This document shows, in pieces, positions 1 through 9,959 of a DNA stretch of 64,000 bases. The stretch is from Chrysiogenia bacterium (GTDB lineage: Bacteria > JAGRBM01). The notes below the pieces were generated by a model, which was given only the letters and a program-made list of their open reading frames with translations, did no database searches and was not told the origin of the DNA. Both the position numbers and the translations under genes were made by a program. The DNA lies in NCBI GenBank assembly GCA_020434085.1, contig JAGRBM010000286.1, positions 1,246 to 65,245 on the forward strand, written 5' to 3'. Each line of letters opens with the position of its first letter. Position 1 is the first letter of the stretch.

Positions 1-58
1 GGGCGAGCAGGTCGGCGCGCAGCTCCTCAATCTGTGCTTGCGTCAGCTCTTCTTCCAT
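1..58 (-). CDS. Partial CDS, N-terminal 19 codons only (MEEELTQAQIEELRADLLA...), running off the window start; function unknown
   Basis: ATG at 58 on the minus strand, preceded by an AGGGG RBS-like run; the frame stays open to position 1. Confidence 0.3.
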   Translation of the reverse strand, partial: MEEELTQAQIEELRADLLA

Positions 59-140
59 GCGAGATATGTGCCCCTTGCCGCGAAGTTTTCGCGCGGCGGC
101 CCGGCATTTTCACTCTACCTGCCGGGAAGGGTGAGTCAAC

Positions 141-1403
141 GTGAATGAAGCACGCAAACGGATTGCCGTTGTCGGCGGAGGCGCCGCCGGATACTTCGGC
201 GCCATCGCCTGTGCCAACGCCCTTCGCGAGGCGGGCGTGAAGTCGCAGGTCATTGTCTTTGAGGGTTCCGACAAGGTCCTCGACAAGGTCCGCATCTCCG
301 GTGGCGGGCGCTGCAACGTGACCAACGCGCAGCAGGACCCGCGCGAGCTGGTGAAGTTCTACCCGCGCGGTGCTCGTGAGCTGCGCGGCCCGCTCACCCG
401 GTTCGGTCCGCGTGAAACGGCAGAATGGTTCACCGCGCGCGGCGTGGAGCTCAAGACCGAAGCCGACGGGCGCCTCTTTCCGGTCACCGATGATTCACGC
501 ACCATCGTTCACTGCTTAAAAGACGCGGCCCGCGCCGCCGGCGTTCGCGTGCGCATCGGCATTCGGATCAAGGCCCTCACCCGGGCCGAAGACGGACGGA
601 TCGGGCTGAGCCTCTCCGACGATACGACCGAGCATTTTGCGGCAGTGCTGCTCGCCACGGGCGGATCGCGCCCGGCCCTCAAGCTGGCGCTCGACGCCGG
701 TCACGAAATCGAGCCGCCGGTCCCCTCGCTTTTTACCTTCAAGATCTCCGACGATCGGCTACGCGGAATGCAGGGCGTTTCCTTCGACAAGGCGCGGCTG
801 CGCCTTCGCGCCGGCGCCGGCAAGCCGCTCGAGGAGACCGGCGCGGTGCTGATTACCCACTGGGGTCTGAGCGGCCCGGCCGTGCTGCGCCTCTCGGCAT
901 GGGGCGCCCGCGCGCTCTTCGAGAGCAAATACCGCGCGCGTCTGTTGGTCTCTTTCATTCCCGGCGAGAACGAGGAGTCGCTGCTCGCGTTTTTGCACCG
1001 GGAAAAGGACGCCCACCCCAAGCGCACCGTGCGCAAGTATCCCCACCCCGACGCGCCCCGGCGCTATTGGGAGAACCTGTGCGAGCTGGCCGGCATTGAG
1101 CCGACGCAGACCTGGGCCGAGGCAACAAAGAAGCAGATGCAGTATCTCGCACGCGAGCTCGGCGCAGCCGAGTTCGAGATCACCGGCAAGGGCGAATTCA
1201 AGGAAGAGTTCGTCACCTGCGGCGGCGTGCGGCTCAAGGAAGTGGACTTCCGTACCATGCAGAGCAAGCTGCTGCCCGGGCTCTACTTCGCCGGCGAGGT
1301 GCTCGACGTCGATGCGCTCACCGGCGGGTTCAACTTTCAGGCGGCCTGGACGACAAGCTGGATCGCAGGCCATGCCATCGCCGGGTCATTCGCCCAGGAA
1401 TAG
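141..1403 (+). CDS. HI0933/BaiN-like NAD(P)/FAD-dependent flavoprotein oxidoreductase
   Basis: 420 aa; N-terminal Rossmann motif IAVVGGGAAG; overall architecture of the HI0933 family (VFEGSDKV...GGGRCNVTN, C-terminal GEVLDVDALTGGFNFQ). Confidence 0.8.
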   Translation: MNEARKRIAVVGGGAAGYFGAIACANALREAGVKSQVIVFEGSDKVLDKVRISGGGRCNVTNAQQDPRELVKFYPRGARELRGPLTRFGPRETAEWFTARGVELKTEADGRLFPVTDDSRTIVHCLKDAARAAGVRVRIGIRIKALTRAEDGRIGLSLSDDTTEHFAAVLLATGGSRPALKLALDAGHEIEPPVPSLFTFKISDDRLRGMQGVSFDKARLRLRAGAGKPLEETGAVLITHWGLSGPAVLRLSAWGARALFESKYRARLLVSFIPGENEESLLAFLHREKDAHPKRTVRKYPHPDAPRRYWENLCELAGIEPTQTWAEATKKQMQYLARELGAAEFEITGKGEFKEEFVTCGGVRLKEVDFRTMQSKLLPGLYFAGEVLDVDALTGGFNFQAAWTTSWIAGHAIAGSFAQE

Positions 1404-2024
1404 AAAGACATTCCCGGCCGCCTGCTTGAGGCGCCACCCCTGCCAACGGGCGACCCATTCCATCGTAGCAATGCTGTAGAAGCTCACGTGGGTGGGGTCG
1501 CCGTGATACCACCAGCTCCCGAAGTCTTCGGGCGGGACCTCCGTCCGGATTCCCAGCACCCCGCCCGGTGCCAGTGCCGCGCCGAGGCGCCCAAACTCCT
1601 TGCGGGGATTCGAAAAGTGTTCGGCCGCCTCGCAGCAGGTGATGAAGTAGTAGTGTTTCTCCAGCGGCGCTGCGTCGAGAAAGTAGAGCGGGTCGTAGTT
1701 CGTCACCGCGTAGCCCTCCCCCATCGCGCTTCCCATTCCCGGGCCCGGGCCGCAGCCGTAGTCGAGCCCCTGCGCCGGGACCGGCACATGCGCGCGCACC
1801 GGATCGGCGAGTGAGCGCAGGTAGTCGAGGTAGCGCGGATCATCCGGGTCGTTCTCGTGTTCGGCATAGACCGCGCGCTCGCCGCGCGCGTCCAGATGCT
1901 GCGCGGCCGGCACAAAGACCAGCCTGCACGTTGCACACTCAAAGTAGTCGCGCTCTCCAAGATGCGGGTCCGTTTTCCGGAAAAAGAGAGCGGCCCCTGC
2001 CGCCTCGCAGAGCGAGCACTTCAC
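1386..2024 (-). CDS. Class I SAM-dependent methyltransferase with N-terminal CxxC...CxxC zinc ribbon
   Basis: Motif I GLDYGCGPGPG; Cys pairs CSLCE and CATC near the N-terminus. The ATG at 2081 would overlap the upstream gene by 61 nt, so a GTG start at 2024, abutting the upstream stop, is more likely. Confidence 0.6.
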   Translation of the reverse strand: MKCSLCEAAGAALFFRKTDPHLGERDYFECATCRLVFVPAAQHLDARGERAVYAEHENDPDDPRYLDYLRSLADPVRAHVPVPAQGLDYGCGPGPGMGSAMGEGYAVTNYDPLYFLDAAPLEKHYYFITCCEAAEHFSNPRKEFGRLGAALAPGGVLGIRTEVPPEDFGSWWYHGDPTHVSFYSIATMEWVARWQGWRLKQAAGNVFLFLGE

Positions 2025-3157
2025 GCGGCGGCCTGACCTGCCGGAGGCACAGCCGGGCGCGCCCTTCGCTGCTGCCACCATTCCTCTGCCGTGGCGGGGA
2101 AGGCGATCGTCGTGATGACTGCCGCCATCAGGAGGAGCCGCCGGGGCTCACTCAGAGCGTCGATCCAGCCCTCCACCGACTGCAGCAGCATCACGATCAC
2201 CAGGTGGAAGGCAAAGCAGATCAGTGGATGCTTTCCCACAAAGCGCAGCGGCCGCCAGGAAAATGCATTGGGGAAACGCCCGGCAATCACGGCCAGAACG
2301 AAACAGAACGCGGCAAAATTGATGACAAAGACAGGCGGGAAGATCGTCTTCCAGCGCAGTTCCGTGGCCAGCCACTGGGGGATCGGCCCGAACCACTCCC
2401 AGCGCGTCGCCAGTCCTGCCAGCACCACGACGATCGCGAGCCCGAGGGCGGGCGCGAAGACTTTCGGCGGGATGGCCTTGAGGAATCCCTTCGGATCCAG
2501 GCGCTTGTATCCCAGGTAGAGCCCCACCACGAAAATTGCCTGCCAGGCCAGCGGGTTGAACAGCCCGAGGTTCGAGCCTTCCACGTTCTCAAGAATCACA
2601 CCGAACAGATAGAACCCACCCACCTGCATCGAAAACCAGAGGGCCGCCGAGATGCCGAGCGCCAGCGCCGGACCGCGTTCATGGAAAGAGCGCAGCACCC
2701 ACGGTGTCATCAGCAGGTAGAGGCAGTACATCGGCAGGATGTCGTAGAAGGTCGGCTGGTAGAGCAGCATGCCCGCGAGGATGCCCTGGCGGACCGGGTG
2801 TTCCCCCATGACGGTGAAACCCCCGTCGCCCGCGATCATGGCGGGAAGGAACTGCGCGGTCACCAGCACAATCAGGAAGGTGCTCATGTGGGTGAGATAG
2901 ATCTTCCACGCCTGCACGCGCGCCGCTCGCGAGAGGGCCTCGTAGCCCTTCTTTTGATAGAGCCGGCTGTATCCCCAGCCGATCACGATTCCCGAGATCA
3001 TGATGAAGCCCGCCGCCGTGGGGGCCCAGCCGTGGGGATAGAAGGAGTAGTTCGAGATCCAGCCCGACGCGGCAAAGGGCCCCATCAGCAGGTGCTGGGA
3101 GAACATGTAGAGAACGAAGAACCCGCGCAGGGTATCGAGTGTGTGATCGCGATTCAT
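2021..3157 (-). CDS. OpgC-like / acyltransferase-3 family integral membrane protein
   Basis: 378 aa, about 10 predicted TM helices; N-terminus RDHTLDTLRGFFVLYM is typical of OpgC/acyltransferase_3. Confidence 0.6.
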   Translation of the reverse strand: MNRDHTLDTLRGFFVLYMFSQHLLMGPFAASGWISNYSFYPHGWAPTAAGFIMISGIVIGWGYSRLYQKKGYEALSRAARVQAWKIYLTHMSTFLIVLVTAQFLPAMIAGDGGFTVMGEHPVRQGILAGMLLYQPTFYDILPMYCLYLLMTPWVLRSFHERGPALALGISAALWFSMQVGGFYLFGVILENVEGSNLGLFNPLAWQAIFVVGLYLGYKRLDPKGFLKAIPPKVFAPALGLAIVVVLAGLATRWEWFGPIPQWLATELRWKTIFPPVFVINFAAFCFVLAVIAGRFPNAFSWRPLRFVGKHPLICFAFHLVIVMLLQSVEGWIDALSEPRRLLLMAAVITTIAFPATAEEWWQQRRARPAVPPAGQAAA

Positions 3158-3276
3158 CGCGGCGCCTCTTCCACCGGGCAGAGCCTAGCAGAGCTGCCCG
3201 GTCGCTACCACAGGGGCGTCTCGTCACAGAAGCTTTACAATTGCGGGCTACCCTGCGCTCCGCCAGGGGAGGCACC

Positions 3277-4380
3277 ATGACCGGTCCAATCACGGAGTGT
3301 TTCAGCGAGAACTACGCGGAGGCCCGCGCCCGCTTTATTGGCGCCGCTCTCAAGGCAGGCGCCGAAATCCGGAGCTTTCCCATCAGCGAAACCGGTCCCG
3401 CCGGGGAAGAACTGAGTATCGACATCGCCTATCTGGGGGCCGAGCGCCCTGCCCGCCTGCTCGTCATCGATTCGGGGATCCACGGCGTCGAGGGCTTTGC
3501 CGGCAGCGCCATTCAGATCCAGTTTCTGAAAGAGCGCATCGGCGGTCCCGAACTGCCCCGCTCCTTCGGCGTGCTGCTCATCCATGCGCTCAACCCCTAC
3601 GGCTTCGCTCACCTGCGACGCGCCAATGAGTGCAACGTCGATCTCAACCGCAACTTCGTGGCACACCCTGGCGGCCACGTCGCCAACTCCGGATACGAAG
3701 CACTCGATTCAGCCATCAACCCCAAGGCCCTCTCCCCGCAGGCCGACGCGCAGGCGCGTGCCTGCTTTGCCATGTACCTGAAGGAATACGGCGAACGCGC
3801 CCTGCAGGAAGCCATTTCCTGCGGGCAGTATTTCAATTCAGGGGGAATCTATTTTGGCGGCCGCGAAGAGCAGACCTCCGTGCGGATTATCCGCCAGATC
3901 GCGCGCGAGGAATTGCGCGGCGCAACGCAGGTCGCCTGGATCGACATTCACACGGGCCTCGGCCAATTCGGCGACTACGTGATGCTCTACGAAGCGGACG
4001 CCGCGGACGAAGCCTTCGCACGCGGGCAGCGCTGGTATGGGGAGAAGGCCCAGGCCGAGGCCGGCGGGCAGGCGCTCTCCCCACCGCTTCCCGGCACCAT
4101 CGATGAAGGGATCCGGCGGGAACTGGCCGGGCGCTGCGAGCTCACCTTCTTCGCGCAGGAATTCGGCACCTACGACACGACGCGCGTCTTCTGGGCGACG
4201 CGGGCCGAGAACTGGCTGCATCACCACGGCGGAGCGGATTGCCCGCGCGCCAAGGAGATCAAGCAGGAACTGCGTGAGGTCTTCGCGCCGGCGAGCGCGA
4301 TCTGGCAGCGCCGCGTTCTAGAGGGAGGGGCCCGCGTGATCGAGCAGGCGATTCGCGGCCTGCTCTCCGAAGAGGCCTAG
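3277..4380 (+). CDS. M14-family zinc carboxypeptidase-like protein (DUF2817/AstE-AspA-like)
   Basis: HxxE zinc motif (GIHGVEGF), ALNPYGF and NVDLNRNF motifs; ATG at 3277 with a GGGGAGG RBS 5-12 nt upstream. The longer ORF from 3139 overlaps the upstream gene. Confidence 0.6.
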   Translation: MTGPITECFSENYAEARARFIGAALKAGAEIRSFPISETGPAGEELSIDIAYLGAERPARLLVIDSGIHGVEGFAGSAIQIQFLKERIGGPELPRSFGVLLIHALNPYGFAHLRRANECNVDLNRNFVAHPGGHVANSGYEALDSAINPKALSPQADAQARACFAMYLKEYGERALQEAISCGQYFNSGGIYFGGREEQTSVRIIRQIAREELRGATQVAWIDIHTGLGQFGDYVMLYEADAADEAFARGQRWYGEKAQAEAGGQALSPPLPGTIDEGIRRELAGRCELTFFAQEFGTYDTTRVFWATRAENWLHHHGGADCPRAKEIKQELREVFAPASAIWQRRVLEGGARVIEQAIRGLLSEEA

Positions 4381-5222
4381 GCCGCCTGCGTTCCCTTGTG
4401 CGGGCGGGCGCTCACCCGGACCTTTGCGCCGCGCGAGCGCAGACTCGATAGCAGGCGACTGCCAAAGTAGCGCGCGCCCGTCAGCAAGCTGAACGATCCC
4501 ACCTGGAGCACCACGTCCCCGTCGCTCCAGCCCATCAGGCCGCTGTAATAGTCATTGAGATCGGCGCGGCGATGGTGAAAGCGCGTGTCCTCTGCCTTTT
4601 TCTGAAAGCAGTTGCCCGCGTTGGCGCGGCGAAACACAAATGCGTCTTCATCGAAACGGGCGTCGGCGTGAACGAACATTTTTTCCCGATGGTCTTCGCT
4701 GATCGCGCGGGCGATGCGCAGGTGCGTCTCACCGGGTCGCTCCGCGAACTCCGGTCCCGGGTAGACCTCGTCGAAATGAAGGGCCACGTTGCCGAGGCTG
4801 CTGAGCACGCAGGCAGCATTGGTGAGCCATACCTTCGAGAGCGGCCGTCGGCGCAGCAGATACTCCACCGCAACCTTCGAAGTGAGAATGTGCGTCAGGC
4901 CGGCGCTGCGGTCCTCGGGGCGCACACAGGTCAGTCCCAGGTGAAAGACCTCTCCCACCCCTTCTACTGGCAGAAGCACAGCAGAACAGAATCCGCCGAT
5001 GTGACCGTCGCGACGCCAGGCCACGGCCAACACCTTGTCGGAGAGCGCCTCCCGCGTTTCCACCAGGCACTGGTAGGCGGGAACTTCCTCGAAACAGGTC
5101 GCCGCACACTCACGCAGCTCTCCGGCGAGGGTCTCAAACTGACCGAGCGAGAGGTGCTTTCCCGGCCGATAGAGAAACTGGATCTGGTAATCGCTGATGG
5201 CACGACCTGCACTGGCGTTCAT
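4377..5222 (-). CDS. Hypothetical protein, possibly a GNAT-fold acyltransferase
   Basis: ORF with a GNAT motif-A-like stretch LTCVRPEDRSAGLTHILTSKV; internal Met (MNASAGR) taken as the start; weak. Confidence 0.35.
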   Translation of the reverse strand: MNASAGRAISDYQIQFLYRPGKHLSLGQFETLAGELRECAATCFEEVPAYQCLVETREALSDKVLAVAWRRDGHIGGFCSAVLLPVEGVGEVFHLGLTCVRPEDRSAGLTHILTSKVAVEYLLRRRPLSKVWLTNAACVLSSLGNVALHFDEVYPGPEFAERPGETHLRIARAISEDHREKMFVHADARFDEDAFVFRRANAGNCFQKKAEDTRFHHRRADLNDYYSGLMGWSDGDVVLQVGSFSLLTGARYFGSRLLSSLRSRGAKVRVSARPHKGTQAA

Positions 5223-5337
5223 GGTTGCCGGTTCCTTCTGCGGGGCGGCGCTGCCGCACCTCGCTGCCATGACCGGCATCCATTGTCGCGAACTTTCGTG
5301 GCGCTCCTGTGGCAGAGGCGCGAAAATCCGCATGCAT

Positions 5338-6201
5338 TTACCCGGGCTCGCCCCTCCAGAGGCTGAGCGCGTCGCCGAGCTTGCGCTTGAATTCTTCCTT
5401 CGCAGGTTCGCTGCGCTCGTAGATCTCGCTTGCCCGGTAGAGGTCCATCACCTGCACGTTGACCAGGTCGGGTTCGATGAAGATGTCGGGCCGTCCGCGC
5501 TCGAGTTTTTCGCGTAGCAGTGCGTTCATCAGGATCTGGTAGCCATTGGCGACGGATTCGGAGAGGCCCGGCAGCTCGGCATCTTCGCCGTCCGGCTTGC
5601 GCCTTCCCATCACATTCACTCCGATGGTGAGATCGCAGTCATCATCGAGCAGATCAAAGGGAACAGGATTGACCATGCCGCCGTCGACCAAGACGCGCCC
5701 TTCGTGCTGGACAGCCGGCAGCAGTCCGGGCATGGCCACAGTGGCACGCATGGCCGGGCCGATGAGACCCTTTTCAAAGATCACAGGCTCCCGGGCCCAG
5801 AAATCGGCGGTGACAACGCGAAGCGGGATGTCCAGCTCGTGAAAATGCCGCGCGTGCATGTGGTCGTAGTAGCCGTAAAAAAAACGATCACCCTTGATCA
5901 GCCCGCCGCTGCCCAGATCGAGGTCGAGCTTTCCCGCCAGCCCCAGCAGGTCACCGGTGAGCTGCGCCGCGAAGGATTCCTCCTTCCGCAGGCGAACCCC
6001 GGAGAGATCTCCCATGACCTCCCGCAGATTCTTCGCAGGAATGCCCGAGCAGTAGAGCCCGCCGATGAGCGCGCCGGCGCTGGCGCCTGTTACGCAGGAA
6101 GCGCGCACCCCGGCCTCTTCGAGGGCTTCGAGAATGAGGATGTGCGCCAGGCCCTTGGCCCCGCCGCTTCCCAGTGCGATGCCGATTTTGGGATCCGCCA
6201 T
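5338..6201 (-). CDS. Patatin-like phospholipase
   Basis: GSGGAKG oxyanion motif, GASAG (GxSxG) nucleophile, DGG catalytic Asp; ATG at 6201. Confidence 0.85.
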   Translation of the reverse strand: MADPKIGIALGSGGAKGLAHILILEALEEAGVRASCVTGASAGALIGGLYCSGIPAKNLREVMGDLSGVRLRKEESFAAQLTGDLLGLAGKLDLDLGSGGLIKGDRFFYGYYDHMHARHFHELDIPLRVVTADFWAREPVIFEKGLIGPAMRATVAMPGLLPAVQHEGRVLVDGGMVNPVPFDLLDDDCDLTIGVNVMGRRKPDGEDAELPGLSESVANGYQILMNALLREKLERGRPDIFIEPDLVNVQVMDLYRASEIYERSEPAKEEFKRKLGDALSLWRGEPG

Positions 6202-6211
6202 GAAGGCTACT

Positions 6212-7402
6212 CTAGCCTGCTTGCTGGACCATGCCAGAGCCCGACGGTTCAAAGGGCAGATACGCCGTCTGGTTGCGCCCGTTGGTTTTCGCACGGTAGA
6301 GCGCCTGATCGGCCGCGGAGATCAGTTCAGTGGCATCGAGGGGTTCCGGGCCCGGTGTCATGATTGTGTAGCCAATGCTCACCGTAATGCTGACGGACTT
6401 GCCCTTGGCCAGCGCGCACGGGTTCTGCTCGACCTGGAGACGCAGTCGTTCCAGCACCGCCCTCACATCACCCTCTTCAATATCGGAGAGTACCAGGACG
6501 AATTCCTCTCCACCCCAGCGCCCTACGTGGTCGTGGGCGCGCAGGCTCTTCTGCATGATTTCCGCCACGCAGGCGAGCACTTCGTCGCCGGCATCATGCC
6601 CGTGTTCGTCGTTCACATATTTGAAGTGGTCCAGGTCCAGCATCGCCATGGCAATGGGATGCTGATGTCGCTGCGCGCGGGAGAGTTCCGCATGGGCGGC
6701 GCGCAGGAACGCGCGCCTGTTGCGCAGCCCGGTGAGAAAATCGGTCTCCGACAGGTAGAGGAGCGCCGCTTCGCTGCGCCGCTCCCGCGAAATCATGACG
6801 GCTGTCAGTCCCAGCGTGATGATCGAAATCAGAATCAATAGAGATCCGATCATTCCGACCCACCAGCCATCGGCGACTCCATCGTTGAGCGGGATGCTTT
6901 TCAGCAATGGAGAGCTGGGTATGATCTGAAAAACCTCCCCCAGCCAGAGCGCGATCAGCAATGCAAGACTGAATCCCACTGCGATGTAAGCCGGGCGGGG
7001 CTCAAACAGAATCAGAACAATCACAGTCGCTGCGATGTAACCGCCAATGAACGGGCCCACGAAAAGCCCGGCGAAGTAGCAAAAGAGGGTAGCCCCCACG
7101 GCAAAGGTCAACGCGACGAACAGGATGTAACCCGGATGCGTGCCCCTGCGTTTTCTCGCCCAGAGTCCCCAGGCAATCTCAGCGATCCAAACGCAAGCCA
7201 GCAGTTGATGCCAGGGTATGTAGAATTCTCGAACAAAGGGCACGTTGTAGTGCTGGGAGATATGGGGAGAGAGCAGTGCGACCGCGGTAATCGCCCAGCT
7301 CGCTCCTGTGATCACAAGCATGATCAACGCCGGCGCCATGGCGCGATCGATCTCGCTCCAGTGTTTGATCAATCCCTGCCGCTGTCGGTGCAATGACGGC
7401 AC
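6212..7402 (-). CDS. Diguanylate cyclase (GGDEF) with an N-terminal multi-TM sensor domain
   Basis: RWGGEEFVLVL GG(D/E)EF motif; about 6 N-terminal TM helices. Confidence 0.85.
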   Translation of the reverse strand: MPSLHRQRQGLIKHWSEIDRAMAPALIMLVITGASWAITAVALLSPHISQHYNVPFVREFYIPWHQLLACVWIAEIAWGLWARKRRGTHPGYILFVALTFAVGATLFCYFAGLFVGPFIGGYIAATVIVLILFEPRPAYIAVGFSLALLIALWLGEVFQIIPSSPLLKSIPLNDGVADGWWVGMIGSLLILISIITLGLTAVMISRERRSEAALLYLSETDFLTGLRNRRAFLRAAHAELSRAQRHQHPIAMAMLDLDHFKYVNDEHGHDAGDEVLACVAEIMQKSLRAHDHVGRWGGEEFVLVLSDIEEGDVRAVLERLRLQVEQNPCALAKGKSVSITVSIGYTIMTPGPEPLDATELISAADQALYRAKTNGRNQTAYLPFEPSGSGMVQQAG

Positions 7403-7534
7403 GCGCGTGAACTCCCCTGAACGTCCCCGGTCCGGTGCACCGCCGCATTTCCCTTGCGACGGATATCCCCAATATCGAGTTGTATGATATTACCAGAAAG
7501 GGCCTTGGAAGTCCCGTGAGAAAGAAACAATAAA

Positions 7535-8824
7535 CTAATTTCCTGACAATGCAGCCTGCTCACGCCGTTCCACGCGCCCACCCCTCCAGAACGCAATTGC
7601 CGCCAGCGCGAAGGTCGGCATCGCCACCATCGCGAGGGCATCCCGCATGGCCGATGCGGAGCTCAGGCCCGCAGCCACACCCAGATCAGAGAGCCAGCCG
7701 GTGACCGGCTGGCTCCAGACATCGCCGATGGCGTGGGCCAGAAAGACATTAAATGCGAAACCCCAGGCCCGCAGATGAGACGGAGATTGTTCAATAATCG
7801 CGCGCTGGACCGGCCCGACATGCACAAAGATAAAGACAATGGATAGTGCCAGAAAGCCCAGCGCGACGATCAGATCGGAACTGAAGAAATAACCCGCCCC
7901 GAGCGCCGTGCCGATCGCCAGGCTGATTGCCGTCACATCGTAGCGAAGCCAGGGGCGCGTCTTCTCCCGCTTCTCCACGAAAAAGCCGCCGCCCATGGTA
8001 CCCACGATCGCGGTGAGCCCGAGCAGCGCGCCGCTCACGATTCCGGCCTGTCCCTCGCTGAGCAGAAAGCGCCGTTGCAGGTCGGTTGGCAGGAACATCC
8101 CCAGCGCTCCCAGCGCGGCGGTTGTCCCGGCGCTGCCGAGCAGGATCCAGCGATAACGTTCGTCCTTGAGCAGTTCCTTGATCGCCTGGGCAAAGCGCAT
8201 CATGTGCCCCGCCGGCCGCGCACCCTCGGGGTGTTCGCCCTCGCGCATGAACGGGGCCAGAACGCCGCGCGGGGCTGAGCCAAACCCCGTAATCATCAGC
8301 CCGACGCGCCAGCCGTAGCCATCTGCCAGCACGCCGCCGAGCCCGAAACCCAGCGCCGATCCCAGCGGTACCGCCAGTGCGTAGGCGGCCATCATCCGCG
8401 TGCGCACCCGCGAGGGGAACAGGTCGGCCACCAGGATCGGTGCGATTGCAGAATAGATTGCTTCGGCTGCGCCGAGCATCAGGCGCGTGCTGCCAAGGAA
8501 CGCGAAGTTCGGGGAGAACGCCCCCATTCCCGCGACGCAGGACCAGAGGATGCAGGTCACGCCGAGCGTCTTCCAGCGCGGAAGCGGATCGAGCCGGTGG
8601 CCGAGCAGGAAGTTCGCCATCATCAGACTGACCAGAAAGAGGCTGCCCAGACTTCCGGCCTGCGCGTCGGTGAGGGCCAGTTCCCTGGAAATCAGCGGAA
8701 GAAATGAAGAGAGTGACCAGCGGTCGATGAAGTTCGCCAGGTTCAGGCAGAACAGCAGCGCAAAGGCCGCTTTTGCGCGGCCCGAGATCGGCTCGTATTC
8801 CTCTGTCAGCGGCTGGGTCGGCAT
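7535..8824 (-). CDS. MFS transporter
   Basis: 429 aa, 12 TM helices, MFS-type repeats (FIDRWSLSSFLP..., GRR loop motifs). Confidence 0.85.
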   Translation of the reverse strand: MPTQPLTEEYEPISGRAKAAFALLFCLNLANFIDRWSLSSFLPLISRELALTDAQAGSLGSLFLVSLMMANFLLGHRLDPLPRWKTLGVTCILWSCVAGMGAFSPNFAFLGSTRLMLGAAEAIYSAIAPILVADLFPSRVRTRMMAAYALAVPLGSALGFGLGGVLADGYGWRVGLMITGFGSAPRGVLAPFMREGEHPEGARPAGHMMRFAQAIKELLKDERYRWILLGSAGTTAALGALGMFLPTDLQRRFLLSEGQAGIVSGALLGLTAIVGTMGGGFFVEKREKTRPWLRYDVTAISLAIGTALGAGYFFSSDLIVALGFLALSIVFIFVHVGPVQRAIIEQSPSHLRAWGFAFNVFLAHAIGDVWSQPVTGWLSDLGVAAGLSSASAMRDALAMVAMPTFALAAIAFWRGGRVERREQAALSGN

Positions 8825-8971
8825 GGGCTCTCGCTCGGGTGCGCCGCAACGCTACACGAGAACGCCGAAAAAAAGCAGCCCACCCGGGCCGCTCCGACGC
8901 GGGCGAAGACTTTCCCGAAATGATCGTGTAAGCCTTGGGGCGCATCTTCAACTGAGCGCGGGAGACGCTAC

Positions 8972-9775
8972 ATGGTTTGGCACATCGATCCGATCCTCTT
9001 TGACCTTGGCCCCATCCAGATTCGCTACTACGGCATCTGCTTCGCCACGGGCCTGCTGCTGGGCCTTCAAACCGCCAAGCAGGCATGGAGCTGGCGCGAC
9101 GGAGATCCCGAGGAAATCGACTCGATGTTTCTATGGTTGGTTCTCGGCGTCGTGGTGGGCTCGCACTGGGTCCACATGATCTTCTACGAGACCCGCCACC
9201 TGCTGGACAATCCATTCCAACTGCTCAATCCCCTTACCTACGGGCAGGGGCTGGCCAGCCACGGCGGGGCCGCCGGCGTCATCACGGCGGTGTACCTGGT
9301 CGCCCGCAAACGCGGCCGGAGTTTCTTCGCCTACGCCGACGTTCTGTCCATCGGCGGCATGTGGATGGTGGTAATGGTGCGGCTCGGCAACTTCTTCAAT
9401 TCCGAGATCGTGGGCCGGCCGACCGACATGCCCTGGGGGGTCATCTTCGCAAACCACCAGGAGAACTTCGCGCGCCACCCCTCCCAGCTCTACGAGAGCT
9501 TTCACGGCGTGCTCTGCCTGGTCTTCACCTACTGGTTCTACAAGCGCTACCACAAGAAGCTGCCCGAGGGCTCCCAGCTGCTGATTACGCTGGTTCTCTA
9601 CTTCGGCGGGCGCTTCCTGCTCGAATACTTCAAGGCCTACCAGGCCCTCTCGGAGAGCTTCCCCTTCACCATGGGCCAGCTTCTGTCGGCACCCATCGTG
9701 ATCGTCGGCGCCTGGGCACTCTTTGGAACAAAGCGCTTCGGCATCCGCCCGGCGCTTTCGGCCACTGCAGAATAA
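8972..9775 (+). CDS. lgt: Prolipoprotein diacylglyceryl transferase
   Basis: Lgt-like N-terminus (IDPILFDLGPIQIRYYGICFATG) and the HPSQLYES signature region. Confidence 0.85.
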   Translation: MVWHIDPILFDLGPIQIRYYGICFATGLLLGLQTAKQAWSWRDGDPEEIDSMFLWLVLGVVVGSHWVHMIFYETRHLLDNPFQLLNPLTYGQGLASHGGAAGVITAVYLVARKRGRSFFAYADVLSIGGMWMVVMVRLGNFFNSEIVGRPTDMPWGVIFANHQENFARHPSQLYESFHGVLCLVFTYWFYKRYHKKLPEGSQLLITLVLYFGGRFLLEYFKAYQALSESFPFTMGQLLSAPIVIVGAWALFGTKRFGIRPALSATAE

Positions 9776-9959
9776 TTGCCACAGAGGGTGCGCAGACCAG
9801 CACCGGAACTGCTGTCATCCTGAAAGAAGGCGCAACGCGCCGCAGTGAAGGATCTCAACCAGCCCCATGACGTTGAGATCCTTCGCTTCGCTCAGGATGA
9901 CAACCAGGAGGTGTCGCATTTTCTCTCTGTGAGCTCTGTGTCCTCTGTGGCGAAAATTC

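Noticed and set aside
1811-3280. 489-aa plus-strand ORF
   Set aside because: It is antisense to the OpgC-like and methyltransferase genes and Arg/Pro-rich with no motifs. This is a GC-skew artefact.
7791-9215. 474-aa ORF on the minus strand
   Set aside because: It overlaps the MFS transporter gene in another frame and runs across the lgt promoter. It is Arg/Ala/Gly-rich low-complexity sequence, the sort of spurious ORF a GC-rich genome produces.
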